From NCBI GenBank assembly GCA_965203175.1, contig OZ241867.1, positions 4,096,001 to 4,160,000 on the forward strand: DNA of 64,000 nucleotides. Direction: 5' to 3'. How positions within the stretch are numbered: the stretch's first letter is position 1; every line of letters starts with the position of its first letter. This document shows positions 1 to 9,723 of the stretch, one piece after another. The DNA comes from Candidatus Latescibacterota bacterium (GTDB lineage Bacteria; Latescibacterota; UBA2968; UBA8231). Both the position numbers and the translations under genes were made by a program. The notes below the pieces were generated by a model. It was given only the letters and a program-made list of their open reading frames with translations. It did no database searches and was not told the origin of the DNA.

Positions 1-824
1 TGGAACGGCTGCGGCAGGGACCGATTAGGAACCTCGTTCTGGCGTCGGACGAAGCGACCCAGACTTTATACAGCTTTTCGGAGGAGAAGATTGCGGTCGG
101 GGAGGGTTTGACCGAGCTCAGAGAAGCGGGGATGGGTGGAGAATTGCCCAGCGGCCAGCAAGGGGTTGATCTTTTAGAGGACTTGGTAGTGCGGCCTAGG
201 CTTTTCGCCGCAGCCGCCCGGGCTAAGGGCTGGGAGCGCGAGCCGGAGTTTGCGGAGTGGCTGACGCGCAAGAGGGAATGGTTGGTTCTGCGGGCCTTGG
301 TGCAGGCGCAGACGGCTTTGCAGGAGCCGATCTCAGAAGCCGAGAGTAAGGCTTATTATCAAGCCAACGCAAATAAATTTCGCAGCCCAGAGGAGGTGGA
401 AATTCGCGAGGTCCTAATGGCGACGGAAGCGCAAGCTCAGTCCCTGCGGGAGGAGATCGAACAGGGGGCCGAGATGTCTGCACTGCTGAACAGACCGGGC
501 GTCGGCTCCCACGCAGGACCGGGTAGAACGGGAAAAATGACTTTGCGCCGCCTCTTCCGATCCCGCTATCCACAACTGGTTGACGCTGCATTTGCTGCTG
601 AGGAAGGCGAACTAGTGGGGCCGGTGGAGACGCACGATGGCTTTGCGGTTTTTAGGGTTTTGGGACGAAAAGGAGGGCAGACCCTGCCCTTTGAACGGGT
701 GCGGAAAAGGGCGGAAGCCCTGCTGAGACAGCGTCGCGAGCAAGAGGGTATTGTCGAACTGATCGGAGCCCTGCGGGCCAAAGGCAAAACTCAGGTAGTT
801 TTTTTTACCGACCGCCTGCAATGA
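1..824 (+). CDS. PpiC/parvulin-type peptidyl-prolyl isomerase (SurA/PrsA-like foldase), 5'-truncated by the window edge
   Basis: The frame is open from position 3 (ERLRQGPIRNLV...), so the 108 start is not the true start. Rotamase-type motifs: 'YYQANANKFRSPEEVEIREVL', 'AAFAAEEGELVGPVETHDGFAVFRV', 'LPFERVR'. Confidence 0.8.
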   Translation, partial: ERLRQGPIRNLVLASDEATQTLYSFSEEKIAVGEGLTELREAGMGGELPSGQQGVDLLEDLVVRPRLFAAAARAKGWEREPEFAEWLTRKREWLVLRALVQAQTALQEPISEAESKAYYQANANKFRSPEEVEIREVLMATEAQAQSLREEIEQGAEMSALLNRPGVGSHAGPGRTGKMTLRRLFRSRYPQLVDAAFAAEEGELVGPVETHDGFAVFRVLGRKGGQTLPFERVRKRAEALLRQRREQEGIVELIGALRAKGKTQVVFFTDRLQ

Positions 825-848
825 GCGGCAACGGAAGGAAAATCCGTT

Positions 849-3800
849 ATGAAAGCGAGCCGCAAATTCAGTAAGGGGATTACGTACGCAGCAGTCTGGC
901 TGGCCGGAATGTGCGCTCCTAGTCCGATCAATGCCCAGCAAGGATACGATATTGTCGGCGATCAAGTCGTCGTCGAAGGTGAGCAGCACTGGGTCAACTG
1001 GAAGCGGCCCGGCCATTTGACCGCTATAGATGCTTCCGGGGCCGTGCGGCCCCGCGAGCTGCGCCAAGTCTACAATCTGTTGGACGATAGGAGCTTTGAG
1101 CGCCCGGTAGAGATCGACAAAAAGGCTCCGCGGATTGCAACCGTCGACAGTACCCTGCGCTTAGATGTACTGGGTAACCCCCTGCAGGACGTCAGCAAAA
1201 ATTTCATCTACGACTACATAGTGCGGCCGGGCGTTAGCCGGGTGGGCTCCAACCCGCACTTGGCTCCCAACATTCTCGACGACGATACGACCACATTCTG
1301 GGAACCGAATCCAGACGATCCAATCGGCGACTGGTGGATCGAGGTGCACCTCGGGAGAGTGGTGCCGCTGGAGCGGCTCAGGCTGCAATTCGTCGACGAG
1401 CAATTGGGCGACCCCTTCCTCAAGTTCCTGCTGTTCTTCGAGAAAAAACAGTTGCCCTTGGTGCGGGACGACAGCAAGCTCAGATTTTCGATTTTCGCGC
1501 CTTTTGACGGGGTCAACAAAGACCAGCGGATCTTCGCATTCGACAGCGAGCGCACCAGTGGCTTGTTGCCCGCCGATGTGTCCGGCCTTATGGCGAAGCG
1601 GCTGTCCATGGGCAATGCCGATCCCAACTGGACGGGCCGACTGGTAGAGGTCATCCGCATCACCATAACGGACACCCGAGGGGCCCGAAGCGAGCAAATA
1701 ACCCAAGAGGCGTGGGAAGCGCTGCCCGAGGGGGAGCGCGGCGATGTGGTGTACTTTGTGCGCGATGTGGCCGGACGGGAGGAACCCGTGGACGAGGCCA
1801 CCTACGAGGTCCTGAGACCGGATCGACAAGGGCGGAGGGTCTATTACCGGCGGGAACTGCCGCGCTTGGCCGAAGTGGACGCTTGGGGCTGGGGAGATAA
1901 TATCGCGTTGGGCATGCTCGAAACGGGTGGTGGGATCGAGCACACCATCGCCGCTTCGGGCGGCACGGGCAAGGCCTTTGACGGGCAAGTGTCATCCTTC
2001 TATCGCCACACCTATTTCCTCGAGGAGGTTCCCGACGACAACATCCTGATCGCCGATGTAGGGGGCACTGTGTGGATGGACCAAATGCGGATCCTCTCCG
2101 AAGGCTACGTCCATGCCCCGACAGTACGGGGCTATACCATGCGGGGCTCGTCGGGAGTTCGAGACGCCCAAGGCCGGCTCAAATGGCAACTCATTAGTCC
2201 GAAACAGCGCGACAAAAACGTCGATGAGGGGTATTACTCGTTGCTCAACGACGTGCAGAGTCCACCTATAAAGCTGCGATTTTTTGAATTTATCACCCTC
2301 AAGAACCAGCCGCCCGGCAACACGGGTACGCAGGGTTTCTATAATCCCGGTATTGGGGAGTTCATGATCTTCTCCAAAGGGTCTCCGGCCGAGGTAGTGC
2401 TCGAATCCGATGCGATCGAGTTGCCCGGATTGGTGGTGCTGGGGTCCGTGCGCTGGGAGGCCGAGTTGCCGTTCGGCACTGATGTGGAGATCCGCACGCG
2501 CACAGGAGACCAACTGCTGCAGCACATCCGCTACTTTGACAGTGGCGGCGGCGAGGTCACAGCGGACAAGCACAAGAAGCTGCCGGGCTTTCGCAAAGGA
2601 CCCGTTGACACCTCGTTCGTAATCGGGCCGGATTGGACCCCTTGGAGCCAGCGCTACTTGCATTCGGGCGCCCGGGTGACGTCTCCGAGTCTGCGCAAAT
2701 TCATGCAGCTCCAGGCGAAACTGGTCAGCAATGACCGCAACGTCGCTCCCCTGCTCCGCAGGATTGAAGTCGATATGCACCGTCCAGTTCTACAAAATCT
2801 GCTGGCCGAAGTCTGGCCAGAGGAGACGAGCGTGGGTCAGGTAGATACCTTTGAGGTCTATCTCCAGCCGACCTTGCTAGAAGAACCCCGCTCGGAGCGG
2901 AGTCCTGGCTACGACGAGGTACTGCTGAGTTCGGAGCCGAGCCTCGACATGCGCCTGCTGGATGTGGCTCTGGGAACGGAAGGGGAATTCGCCCGCGGAC
3001 AGCCGCTGCAGTTGTTCTCGATAGATCGAGCAGAGGACGCGGTCAGTGCCGATGGTGCAGTACTGCAGATCCTGCGCAGCCAGGGGGATTCACTACAGGT
3101 GCGTTTTCCCCAAGTGAAGCGCGGCGAGTCCGCAGACGTCCTGCCGCACCGCTACTATCGGCTGCTAGTCGAGGGGGACGAGGTGCCAACGCGGTCGGAC
3201 GGCCGATTGCTCGACTTGCTTTCCTACGAGCGGCTCGACGAAGAATTGCAGGGAGCGATCCGCTATTTCCGCAAAACTGATCGTGACGGCGCACAGTTGG
3301 AGGAGGTGGACGCAGCGACCTATGAAGCCTTAGAAGAGGGCGAGCGGGGTCCGGTGCGCTATTTTCGCAGGGTAACTGGAGTGGGCAACCAGTCGCTCTT
3401 CGATTCGCTGGGCGATACGCTGAGTGCGGCCCAGTACAACCGACTCGGGAGGGCAAAGGGATGGGTTTTGGGTCATGGCCGCCTAGTGCGCCTGCGCTTT
3501 GCCGCGGCGGTCTTTTTGCACGGAACCAAACTAAAGACCGCGATGCGCAACAGCGCCATTGAGGGCCCTTGGCAGGAAAGCGATCCCGGCGATGTCACCC
3601 GGACCCGGCCCGGCCAGGGCTTGGTGATCGGGGCCTTGGGAGCCGGCGACGTAGTGGACGATTTGCAGATTAGCCCCAACCCATTCACCCCCAACGGCGA
3701 CGGCATCAACGACGTGGCAGAAGTCGGCTTTTCGCTTTTCAAAGTATATGAAGCTCGGTCGCTCAAGCTGCGCATCTTTCGCCTAGACGGGACGCGGGTG

Positions 3801-3974
3801 CGCACGGTAGCCATGAGGGCCTTGGGGGGGAGGCAGAACTTTGCTTGGGATGGAAGAGACGACAACGGTGCGCTGGTGCCTCCGGGACTCTACTTAGCTC
3901 AGATAGAGGTCGATGCAGATCAGGCTGGGGCGGCGGGACAAAAGCGGTCGCGTCTGATTGCAGTGGTGTATTAG
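849..3974 (+). CDS. Large secreted protein: discoidin/F5-8-like domain(s) plus C-terminal FlgD-Ig / T9SS type-B-like CTD
   Basis: Signal peptide ending PINA|QQG; discoidin-like 'NILDDDTTTFWEP...WWIEVHLGRVVPLERLRLQF'; C-terminus 'SPNPFTPNGDGINDV...WDGRDDNGALVPPGLYLAQI...AVVY'. Confidence 0.75.
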   Translation: MKASRKFSKGITYAAVWLAGMCAPSPINAQQGYDIVGDQVVVEGEQHWVNWKRPGHLTAIDASGAVRPRELRQVYNLLDDRSFERPVEIDKKAPRIATVDSTLRLDVLGNPLQDVSKNFIYDYIVRPGVSRVGSNPHLAPNILDDDTTTFWEPNPDDPIGDWWIEVHLGRVVPLERLRLQFVDEQLGDPFLKFLLFFEKKQLPLVRDDSKLRFSIFAPFDGVNKDQRIFAFDSERTSGLLPADVSGLMAKRLSMGNADPNWTGRLVEVIRITITDTRGARSEQITQEAWEALPEGERGDVVYFVRDVAGREEPVDEATYEVLRPDRQGRRVYYRRELPRLAEVDAWGWGDNIALGMLETGGGIEHTIAASGGTGKAFDGQVSSFYRHTYFLEEVPDDNILIADVGGTVWMDQMRILSEGYVHAPTVRGYTMRGSSGVRDAQGRLKWQLISPKQRDKNVDEGYYSLLNDVQSPPIKLRFFEFITLKNQPPGNTGTQGFYNPGIGEFMIFSKGSPAEVVLESDAIELPGLVVLGSVRWEAELPFGTDVEIRTRTGDQLLQHIRYFDSGGGEVTADKHKKLPGFRKGPVDTSFVIGPDWTPWSQRYLHSGARVTSPSLRKFMQLQAKLVSNDRNVAPLLRRIEVDMHRPVLQNLLAEVWPEETSVGQVDTFEVYLQPTLLEEPRSERSPGYDEVLLSSEPSLDMRLLDVALGTEGEFARGQPLQLFSIDRAEDAVSADGAVLQILRSQGDSLQVRFPQVKRGESADVLPHRYYRLLVEGDEVPTRSDGRLLDLLSYERLDEELQGAIRYFRKTDRDGAQLEEVDAATYEALEEGERGPVRYFRRVTGVGNQSLFDSLGDTLSAAQYNRLGRAKGWVLGHGRLVRLRFAAAVFLHGTKLKTAMRNSAIEGPWQESDPGDVTRTRPGQGLVIGALGAGDVVDDLQISPNPFTPNGDGINDVAEVGFSLFKVYEARSLKLRIFRLDGTRVRTVAMRALGGRQNFAWDGRDDNGALVPPGLYLAQIEVDADQAGAAGQKRSRLIAVVY

Positions 3975-4017
3975 AAGAGAGGTCCGACGGCTGTACCCTT
4001 TGAGAAATGGGGATGCT

Positions 4018-6675
4018 GTGAGAGCCAAATTTTCGACACTGTGCTTGTTGCTTGGCGTCTTGGCTGGGATGGCCGAGGCGCAGATGGACTATGGCATGCG
4101 TCTCGGGCTCAGGCAGGGTGCCGAGACCAGTTTTCGGCCCCAGGGACCGGGAGTGATGCTGGACGCCTTAGACCCAGCGGTGCGGCGCTGGTACGTGCCG
4201 CAGGAGCTCTACAACGAGTATGGCTGGCGCCAGTGGGAGTACACCAACTACGCCCGCGACCATTTTGATCGTTACGTCAATACGGCCCTGGAGGGGGATT
4301 ACTTCTACGATATCTACGGGAATTTTGTCACGCGCGGTTGGCTGATCTTCAACAACACGCAGACCCGGCCGCAACAATTTGGCAATACCCTGTTCAAGTC
4401 GGAGCGCTTCCGGCAGTGGTTCTCAGAGGTGGTGGTGGCTGGTGACCAGAAAGGGGAGTACGCCTACGCGCTGACCTTAAGCAGCCAGTTGCGCACCACC
4501 CTGACGCCGATGACCTTCTCCAAACCGCGGATGGACGGGGTGCAATTTGATCTAGCCACGGATCGCTACGAGACGACACTGATCTACTCGCGCATCAGCA
4601 GCCCGGGTGGGGGCGAGACCGGTGGCCAGGAAGTGCTGCGCACCAACAATACGACTCTGGTCGCCGGACGCTTTGTCGGCCAAATCGGCGAGTACGCCCG
4701 GCTGGGCTTCAATTTGGCCAATTCGCACCAGTCGAATACGCTGACGGATCGGCTGGCTGGGAATCCGTTCTCCGGTCTGCTGACCGTGGGGCAAAACCGG
4801 ACGATTGATCTAGTGCAAATTGTGCTGCGCGACGACTCGCCGGAAGACGAAGTCGGTGGGGCTGCTTTCTTCCCGGCCGGTTCCGACGTGGTCATCACCT
4901 ACAGCGACGGTCGCAAGGAGCGGGGCAAGGACATTGGCTTTGAGCCCGTGGTGGAAGGCGGCTTCGTAGAGAAGGGCTTTATCGCGGCCAAGGGCGTTGA
5001 AGAGATCCGCCTGCTCTACGATTTTGACAGCCTCGACTTCATCGAGCGGGCCAGCGCTGCCAAGGATTCCATTGTCAACGTGGAATTCGAACTAGTAGTC
5101 GGCAACGACTACCAGATCTGGATGACTTCGAACAACCAGACCAACCGGCAGGGAGAGTTGGTGTTGCTTTTGGTCGACCAAGCTAGGGGCAATATCAAGG
5201 ACGCGACCAACCTGCGCACGATTCGCTTTGCCTATGGTCTGCCCACGGCTACGCACATTTTTGGGGGAACTCTAGAGTTACTCGATGTGGCGGGGTTTGA
5301 TTTGTACGCCGAGTACGATCTGAACTGGAACTACCGCAAGTACCCCAACACCTTTGCAGAGACGCACCGGACTTCGTCGGGGGTCGAGGGACGGCGCTAT
5401 GCACCAGCGTGGATGGTGAACGTGGCCAAGCGCGCCCATCCGTTTTTCATGTTTGGCGAGGTCTACAGCATGGACCCCCTCTACAATACCAGCACCTTTG
5501 TCACCTTGGGAACGGGCGAGATCAACTACGAGAGCGAGCGCGAGGGCATCGTCGAACTAGTCGAGGACAACGACGACCAAGATCGCTTCCCCGACACGGT
5601 TCGGTCCGACTGGCAGGCGGGTGACCCTCAGGTCTTTCCAGGCTGGGACCAAAACAACGACTTTGTGCCCGACTTCAATCAGAACGACAACTTAGTCAAG
5701 ACTAATATCATCCCCGATTACGAAGAGCCCTTTCTGCGCTTTGGCGTCGATCGGCCGGAGTTTTTGTTCGGGGTGGACATGAACAACAATTTCTGGGTTG
5801 ATCAGTACGAAAACGACGAAGAGCCCGACTATCCCTACCGCAGAGACCACCGGGGCTACAATGTGTACGGCGGCGTCAACGCGACCCCTAAGTTGCGGCT
5901 GACGGCCGGCGTGTTGCGCGAAGACCTGATTTCCTCGGACCAGAAAAACCACAGTGTGTACGCGGCTTTGACCTTTGACGAAGATTCGCCGCGCTTTGGT
6001 CGTTTGCGCGTCTTTGAGATGAGCAAGAAGGTGGAGGACGATATCCCCAACCCATTGCTACAGTGGTCGCCGGACAACACCGTCTTGGGCGGGGTGCTAA
6101 CCCGGGTGGACGATCCGCTGCTGGCGCGCGATACCTGGGTCAACCAGCTCTTTGTCGGCCACAATTTGCAGAGCGCGGCGCTGCACCTGATGAGTAAGCT
6201 GAACTATGTGCACTTCCGCCAACTGATGGGCCAGGCAAAACGGCAGGAGTTGGGGTTGGACGAGACGGATTTCTTCCTCGGGCTGATCAACAAGGCCAGC
6301 TACCGCTATCAACTGGGCCAGTTAGTCCTGGAACCGCGCTGGAAGAGCGAGTTCCGCAAGCAGAGCCGCAGCCTCTTCGACGCGGTCGAGCGCACAAGCC
6401 TAATGCAGCTCTTCTCGACTCTAATGGAGGTGCAGCTCCTACAGGTGACGCGGCTGCAGGTGGGCGTCGAATACGTGGTTTTCAACGACTTCGATATCGA
6501 CGCCGAAGATTTCAACTCTCTGACCGTAGGCCTGCAGTTTGCCAATACATCGGCCTACCACGGCTACCAAGTGATGGCCTTGGTGGGTATTGCGCTGGAA
6601 CGGCGGGATTTTAAGGAAGCCGAGCCTAGTACTACGAGCCGGTCTTTCGTGACTATTTACGCGGGGCTGGAATAG
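4018..6675 (+). CDS. Uncharacterised ~885-aa exported protein, putative outer-membrane beta-barrel with an Asp/Asn-rich Ca-binding-like segment (paralog of 11802-14534)
   Basis: GTG start at 4018 after GGGGA gives a clean signal peptide (AEA|QMDYG). The C-terminal third has alternating beta-strand patterns and ends 'FVTIYAGLE'. Asp-rich segment 'EDNDDQDRFPD...DQNNDFVPDFNQNDN...DMNNNFWVDQYENDEEPDY'. Confidence 0.7.
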   Translation: MRAKFSTLCLLLGVLAGMAEAQMDYGMRLGLRQGAETSFRPQGPGVMLDALDPAVRRWYVPQELYNEYGWRQWEYTNYARDHFDRYVNTALEGDYFYDIYGNFVTRGWLIFNNTQTRPQQFGNTLFKSERFRQWFSEVVVAGDQKGEYAYALTLSSQLRTTLTPMTFSKPRMDGVQFDLATDRYETTLIYSRISSPGGGETGGQEVLRTNNTTLVAGRFVGQIGEYARLGFNLANSHQSNTLTDRLAGNPFSGLLTVGQNRTIDLVQIVLRDDSPEDEVGGAAFFPAGSDVVITYSDGRKERGKDIGFEPVVEGGFVEKGFIAAKGVEEIRLLYDFDSLDFIERASAAKDSIVNVEFELVVGNDYQIWMTSNNQTNRQGELVLLLVDQARGNIKDATNLRTIRFAYGLPTATHIFGGTLELLDVAGFDLYAEYDLNWNYRKYPNTFAETHRTSSGVEGRRYAPAWMVNVAKRAHPFFMFGEVYSMDPLYNTSTFVTLGTGEINYESEREGIVELVEDNDDQDRFPDTVRSDWQAGDPQVFPGWDQNNDFVPDFNQNDNLVKTNIIPDYEEPFLRFGVDRPEFLFGVDMNNNFWVDQYENDEEPDYPYRRDHRGYNVYGGVNATPKLRLTAGVLREDLISSDQKNHSVYAALTFDEDSPRFGRLRVFEMSKKVEDDIPNPLLQWSPDNTVLGGVLTRVDDPLLARDTWVNQLFVGHNLQSAALHLMSKLNYVHFRQLMGQAKRQELGLDETDFFLGLINKASYRYQLGQLVLEPRWKSEFRKQSRSLFDAVERTSLMQLFSTLMEVQLLQVTRLQVGVEYVVFNDFDIDAEDFNSLTVGLQFANTSAYHGYQVMALVGIALERRDFKEAEPSTTSRSFVTIYAGLE
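5735..5819 (+). repeat. 85-bp exact direct repeat, copy 1 (copy 2 at 13594-13678)
   Basis: tgcgctttggcgtcgatcggccggagtttttgttcggggtggacatgaacaacaatttctgggttgatcagtacgaaaacgacga is identical at both positions. Confidence 0.9.
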
Positions 6676-6687
6676 GCGGTTGTCAGG

Positions 6688-7623
6688 GTGGTGCCGATTC
6701 TGCTGGGGATAGGGCTCTTTTGGAGTTGTAGTGAAACCGGGCCAGAGGCCCGCGCCCAACAGCACTACCAACGGGGGGTCGAATACGAAGCGCAGGACAT
6801 GCCGGCCAGCGCAGCGCGGGAGTACGAGGAGGCCGCGGCTGCGGGGATGATGGAGGCCTATTACGCGCTGGGCACAGTGTACGGGAAGGAGGAGCAACAC
6901 GAGCGGGCCATTGGCGCGTACCGAGCGTTGCTGCGGCAGTGGCCGGAGGAGGAGCAGGCGCGCAAGGGATTGGCGGATCAGTATCTAGCGGTGGGACGGG
7001 CCGCGGAAGCGGGTGCTCTATACGAAGCGCTCTTGGCCGTGGGGGAGCCGTGGGAGGGATTGTGGGGACGGCTGGGGGATGCCCGGCTCGTAGCCGGCGA
7101 TGCGGAAGGGGCTGAGGAAGCGTATCGAAAGATGCTCGCAGCGGCACCGGATAGCACTCGGGTGCGCTATAGCTTGGCGCGGCTTTGGGCGGAACAGGGA
7201 CAGCGCCGGGAGGCGATTGTCGAGTACCGGCAGCTTGTGGAAAACCCCGCTTGGGCGGACGAGGCCGGGCAGCGCTTGGCCGATCTGCTCTTGGAAGCGG
7301 GGGAAGTGGAGGAAGCCGAGCAGTTGCTGCGGGATTTGTTGGAGCGCCAGCCCGAAGCGCGGTCGGCGCTGTGGAGCTTGGGAGGGCTGCTCTTTCGCGC
7401 GGAGCGCTACAGCGAATCCTTGGTCTGCTTCGAGCGCTTGCGGGCGCTAGACCAGGAGGACTATCGCGTCTATTTCTTGCTCGCCAAGCTCTACGGCCGC
7501 ACGGGCAGGGAAGCAGAAGGATTAGAGGCGCTCGCAGCGTACGAACGCGGACGGCGGACGGCGCAGGTGCACGAGCGCATGGAGGAAGAGATCGAGGGCC
7601 TTTTGCGGAACATCCTGAAATAG
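6688..7623 (+). CDS. TPR-repeat lipoprotein
   Basis: Lipobox-like 'GLFWS|C'; repeated TPR helices ('AYYALGTVY', 'VRYSLARLW', 'ALWSLGGLLF', 'VYFLLAKLY'). Confidence 0.85.
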   Translation: MVPILLGIGLFWSCSETGPEARAQQHYQRGVEYEAQDMPASAAREYEEAAAAGMMEAYYALGTVYGKEEQHERAIGAYRALLRQWPEEEQARKGLADQYLAVGRAAEAGALYEALLAVGEPWEGLWGRLGDARLVAGDAEGAEEAYRKMLAAAPDSTRVRYSLARLWAEQGQRREAIVEYRQLVENPAWADEAGQRLADLLLEAGEVEEAEQLLRDLLERQPEARSALWSLGGLLFRAERYSESLVCFERLRALDQEDYRVYFLLAKLYGRTGREAEGLEALAAYERGRRTAQVHERMEEEIEGLLRNILK

Positions 7624-7629
7624 AGAAAA

Positions 7630-9711
7630 ATGAGACACCTCTTCCACATCACATGGCTGGTATGCGGCTCGCTGATCCTGATGGCTAGCGCGGGACAAGC
7701 GCGCCAAGTACTGAGGATCGGCGGGGAGGGACAGATTTCGTGGGCGGGGCAGGTTTTGGACGCGGAAGGCATTGAGACGATTGAGCCCGAGCATCGCTCT
7801 ACCCTCAACCCGAACCTCACCGAGATCGGCACCTCTCCGGCCGACCTGGTCGAATTCGCCAGTGCCAATTTCCCCGGCGGCATTCTGCCACGGCAGGTGG
7901 CCGAAGGCGAGAATCTGGCTACTGGTATTTACGCGCGCGGCGGTGGCATGAGTGCGCCGACGGTCGTCAATCTCGGCCGGGCACAGCTAGAGGAGGTCTT
8001 GGCGCAAGTGGCCGGGGAAAAGTCCACGGGCAAGGCCTTCACGCGCCAGCAGAACGACGCTTTGGGTACGCTGCTGGTCATGGATTTGGGGGCTCGCTTT
8101 GGGGTCAACCAGATCCGCTTTTTTCCGCGCAACACGGTTTTTCCCGCGCCGATGACGCCGTTCCAGAGCAATTTTCTCAAGAATTTCGAGGTCCACGTCA
8201 ACGATGGGCTGGTACTGACCGAGGGCGGCAATCCAATCTGGGAGATATTTGAAATCCGCAACAACAACACCCAGGCCGTCACTACAGTCGATGTCGAGCC
8301 GCCGCGCTACATCCGTTTTGTGCGCTTGAAGGCCACTTCGTCGATTCCATTTGAAATAGAAAAGCTGCAAATCTTCGGCGAGGGCTTCCTGCCCACTGTG
8401 CGCTATATCTCGCCGATCATTGACATGGGCACGCCGGCCAATTGGGGCCAGTTGCGCTGGGCACAGGAACTGGTGGGCCAAGCGGACAAGGCGCAAATGC
8501 AGATTCGCACCCGCAGTGGCGGCGACCCCTCGCCGCTGTCCTACACCCGCAAGCAGGTCGGTCTGAGAAACGCCGAGCCAATTCCATTCTCGGTAGAAGA
8601 CCCGTCCCAGCCTTTGTTGCGGGACGAGTTCCTCGATCTGCCGTTGAGGGGTGGGCAGACCGATGCTTGGGAGCGCGGCCCGGTGCGAGACGATTTGGCG
8701 AATTGGAGCCCTTGGTCGCCGCCCTACGGCATAGAGGCGGGCACCAGCGAAGCGGGTACGCCGATCCTGTCGCCCTCGCCACGGCGCTACTTCCAGTTTC
8801 GGGTCGACTTTCTCAGCGACGATCTGGGATCGGCCTTTGTACTCAAAGATCTCTCGTTCGATTACACCTCGCCGCCGCTGGCCGACCGCTTGGTCGGCGA
8901 GGTCTTCCCGCGCCAAGTGCCGGCGGCCACGGATATTTCCTTTGTCTTCGCCCTGAAAGTCGAAATGGAGAACGCCGGACTACAGGGCTTCGACAGCGTC
9001 GAAATTGCCACTGTCCAACGAGTGGACCGCATCGAGCGCATCGAGATCATCGACGGAGATGGCGAAAAGCGGCTCGACCACGCCTTTGCCGTGCAGGACG
9101 ATGTGAGCGAAGAAGGCGAGGTGGCCATCACTCATTTGACGGATGCGGGTTTTGCGGTGCGCTTTCCGCGCATAGCAGAGGACAATACTGTGCTGAAAAT
9201 TCACTTTGTCACTCGGGTGTTGTCGTATAGCACATCCTTTGCGGGCCGGGCCATGCTGCTAGCAGAGGACGAGTTCCAAGGGGTTATTGCCGGCGACGCC
9301 GCTCAGTTGGCCGACGCCGACCAGGCCACTCGATCCGGGGTCACGGTCCTGAGCCCGGCGGTGAATCAGGGCAGTCTGATCGGCAGTTTTTCGCTCGACC
9401 GCAACGTGCTAACGCCCAACGGCGACGGAACCAACGACGAGTTGGCCCTGTCCTGCGAAGTGCTGGCCGTAGTGGGCACGGCCCGAGTCCGGGTGGATAT
9501 TTTCGATCTGGCAGGCCGCCGCGTGCGCCATCTTTTCGAATTCGACGGGGAGAGCGGCGTGTACGACGCCGTGCGTTTCCCCATGTTGGTATGGGATGGA
9601 AAAGATGGGGTCGGCGAACTAGTTCAGCCTGGGATCTACTTGGTGCGTCTCGAAGTGGGCGGCGACGCGCGCCAGAGTGCGAGTGCTCGTCCAGTGGGCG
9701 TGATTTATTAA
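7630..9711 (+). CDS. Secreted discoidin-like + FlgD-Ig/type-B-CTD-like protein (paralog of 849-3974 and 9724-11769)
   Basis: Signal peptide; 'MDLGARFGVNQIRFFPR'; 'IRTRSG...WSPWSPPY...SPSPRRYFQF'; C-terminus 'LTPNGDGTNDE...WDGKDGVGELVQPGIYLVRL...GVIY'. Confidence 0.75.
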   Translation: MRHLFHITWLVCGSLILMASAGQARQVLRIGGEGQISWAGQVLDAEGIETIEPEHRSTLNPNLTEIGTSPADLVEFASANFPGGILPRQVAEGENLATGIYARGGGMSAPTVVNLGRAQLEEVLAQVAGEKSTGKAFTRQQNDALGTLLVMDLGARFGVNQIRFFPRNTVFPAPMTPFQSNFLKNFEVHVNDGLVLTEGGNPIWEIFEIRNNNTQAVTTVDVEPPRYIRFVRLKATSSIPFEIEKLQIFGEGFLPTVRYISPIIDMGTPANWGQLRWAQELVGQADKAQMQIRTRSGGDPSPLSYTRKQVGLRNAEPIPFSVEDPSQPLLRDEFLDLPLRGGQTDAWERGPVRDDLANWSPWSPPYGIEAGTSEAGTPILSPSPRRYFQFRVDFLSDDLGSAFVLKDLSFDYTSPPLADRLVGEVFPRQVPAATDISFVFALKVEMENAGLQGFDSVEIATVQRVDRIERIEIIDGDGEKRLDHAFAVQDDVSEEGEVAITHLTDAGFAVRFPRIAEDNTVLKIHFVTRVLSYSTSFAGRAMLLAEDEFQGVIAGDAAQLADADQATRSGVTVLSPAVNQGSLIGSFSLDRNVLTPNGDGTNDELALSCEVLAVVGTARVRVDIFDLAGRRVRHLFEFDGESGVYDAVRFPMLVWDGKDGVGELVQPGIYLVRLEVGGDARQSASARPVGVIY

Positions 9712-9723
9712 AAGGAGGCCGCA

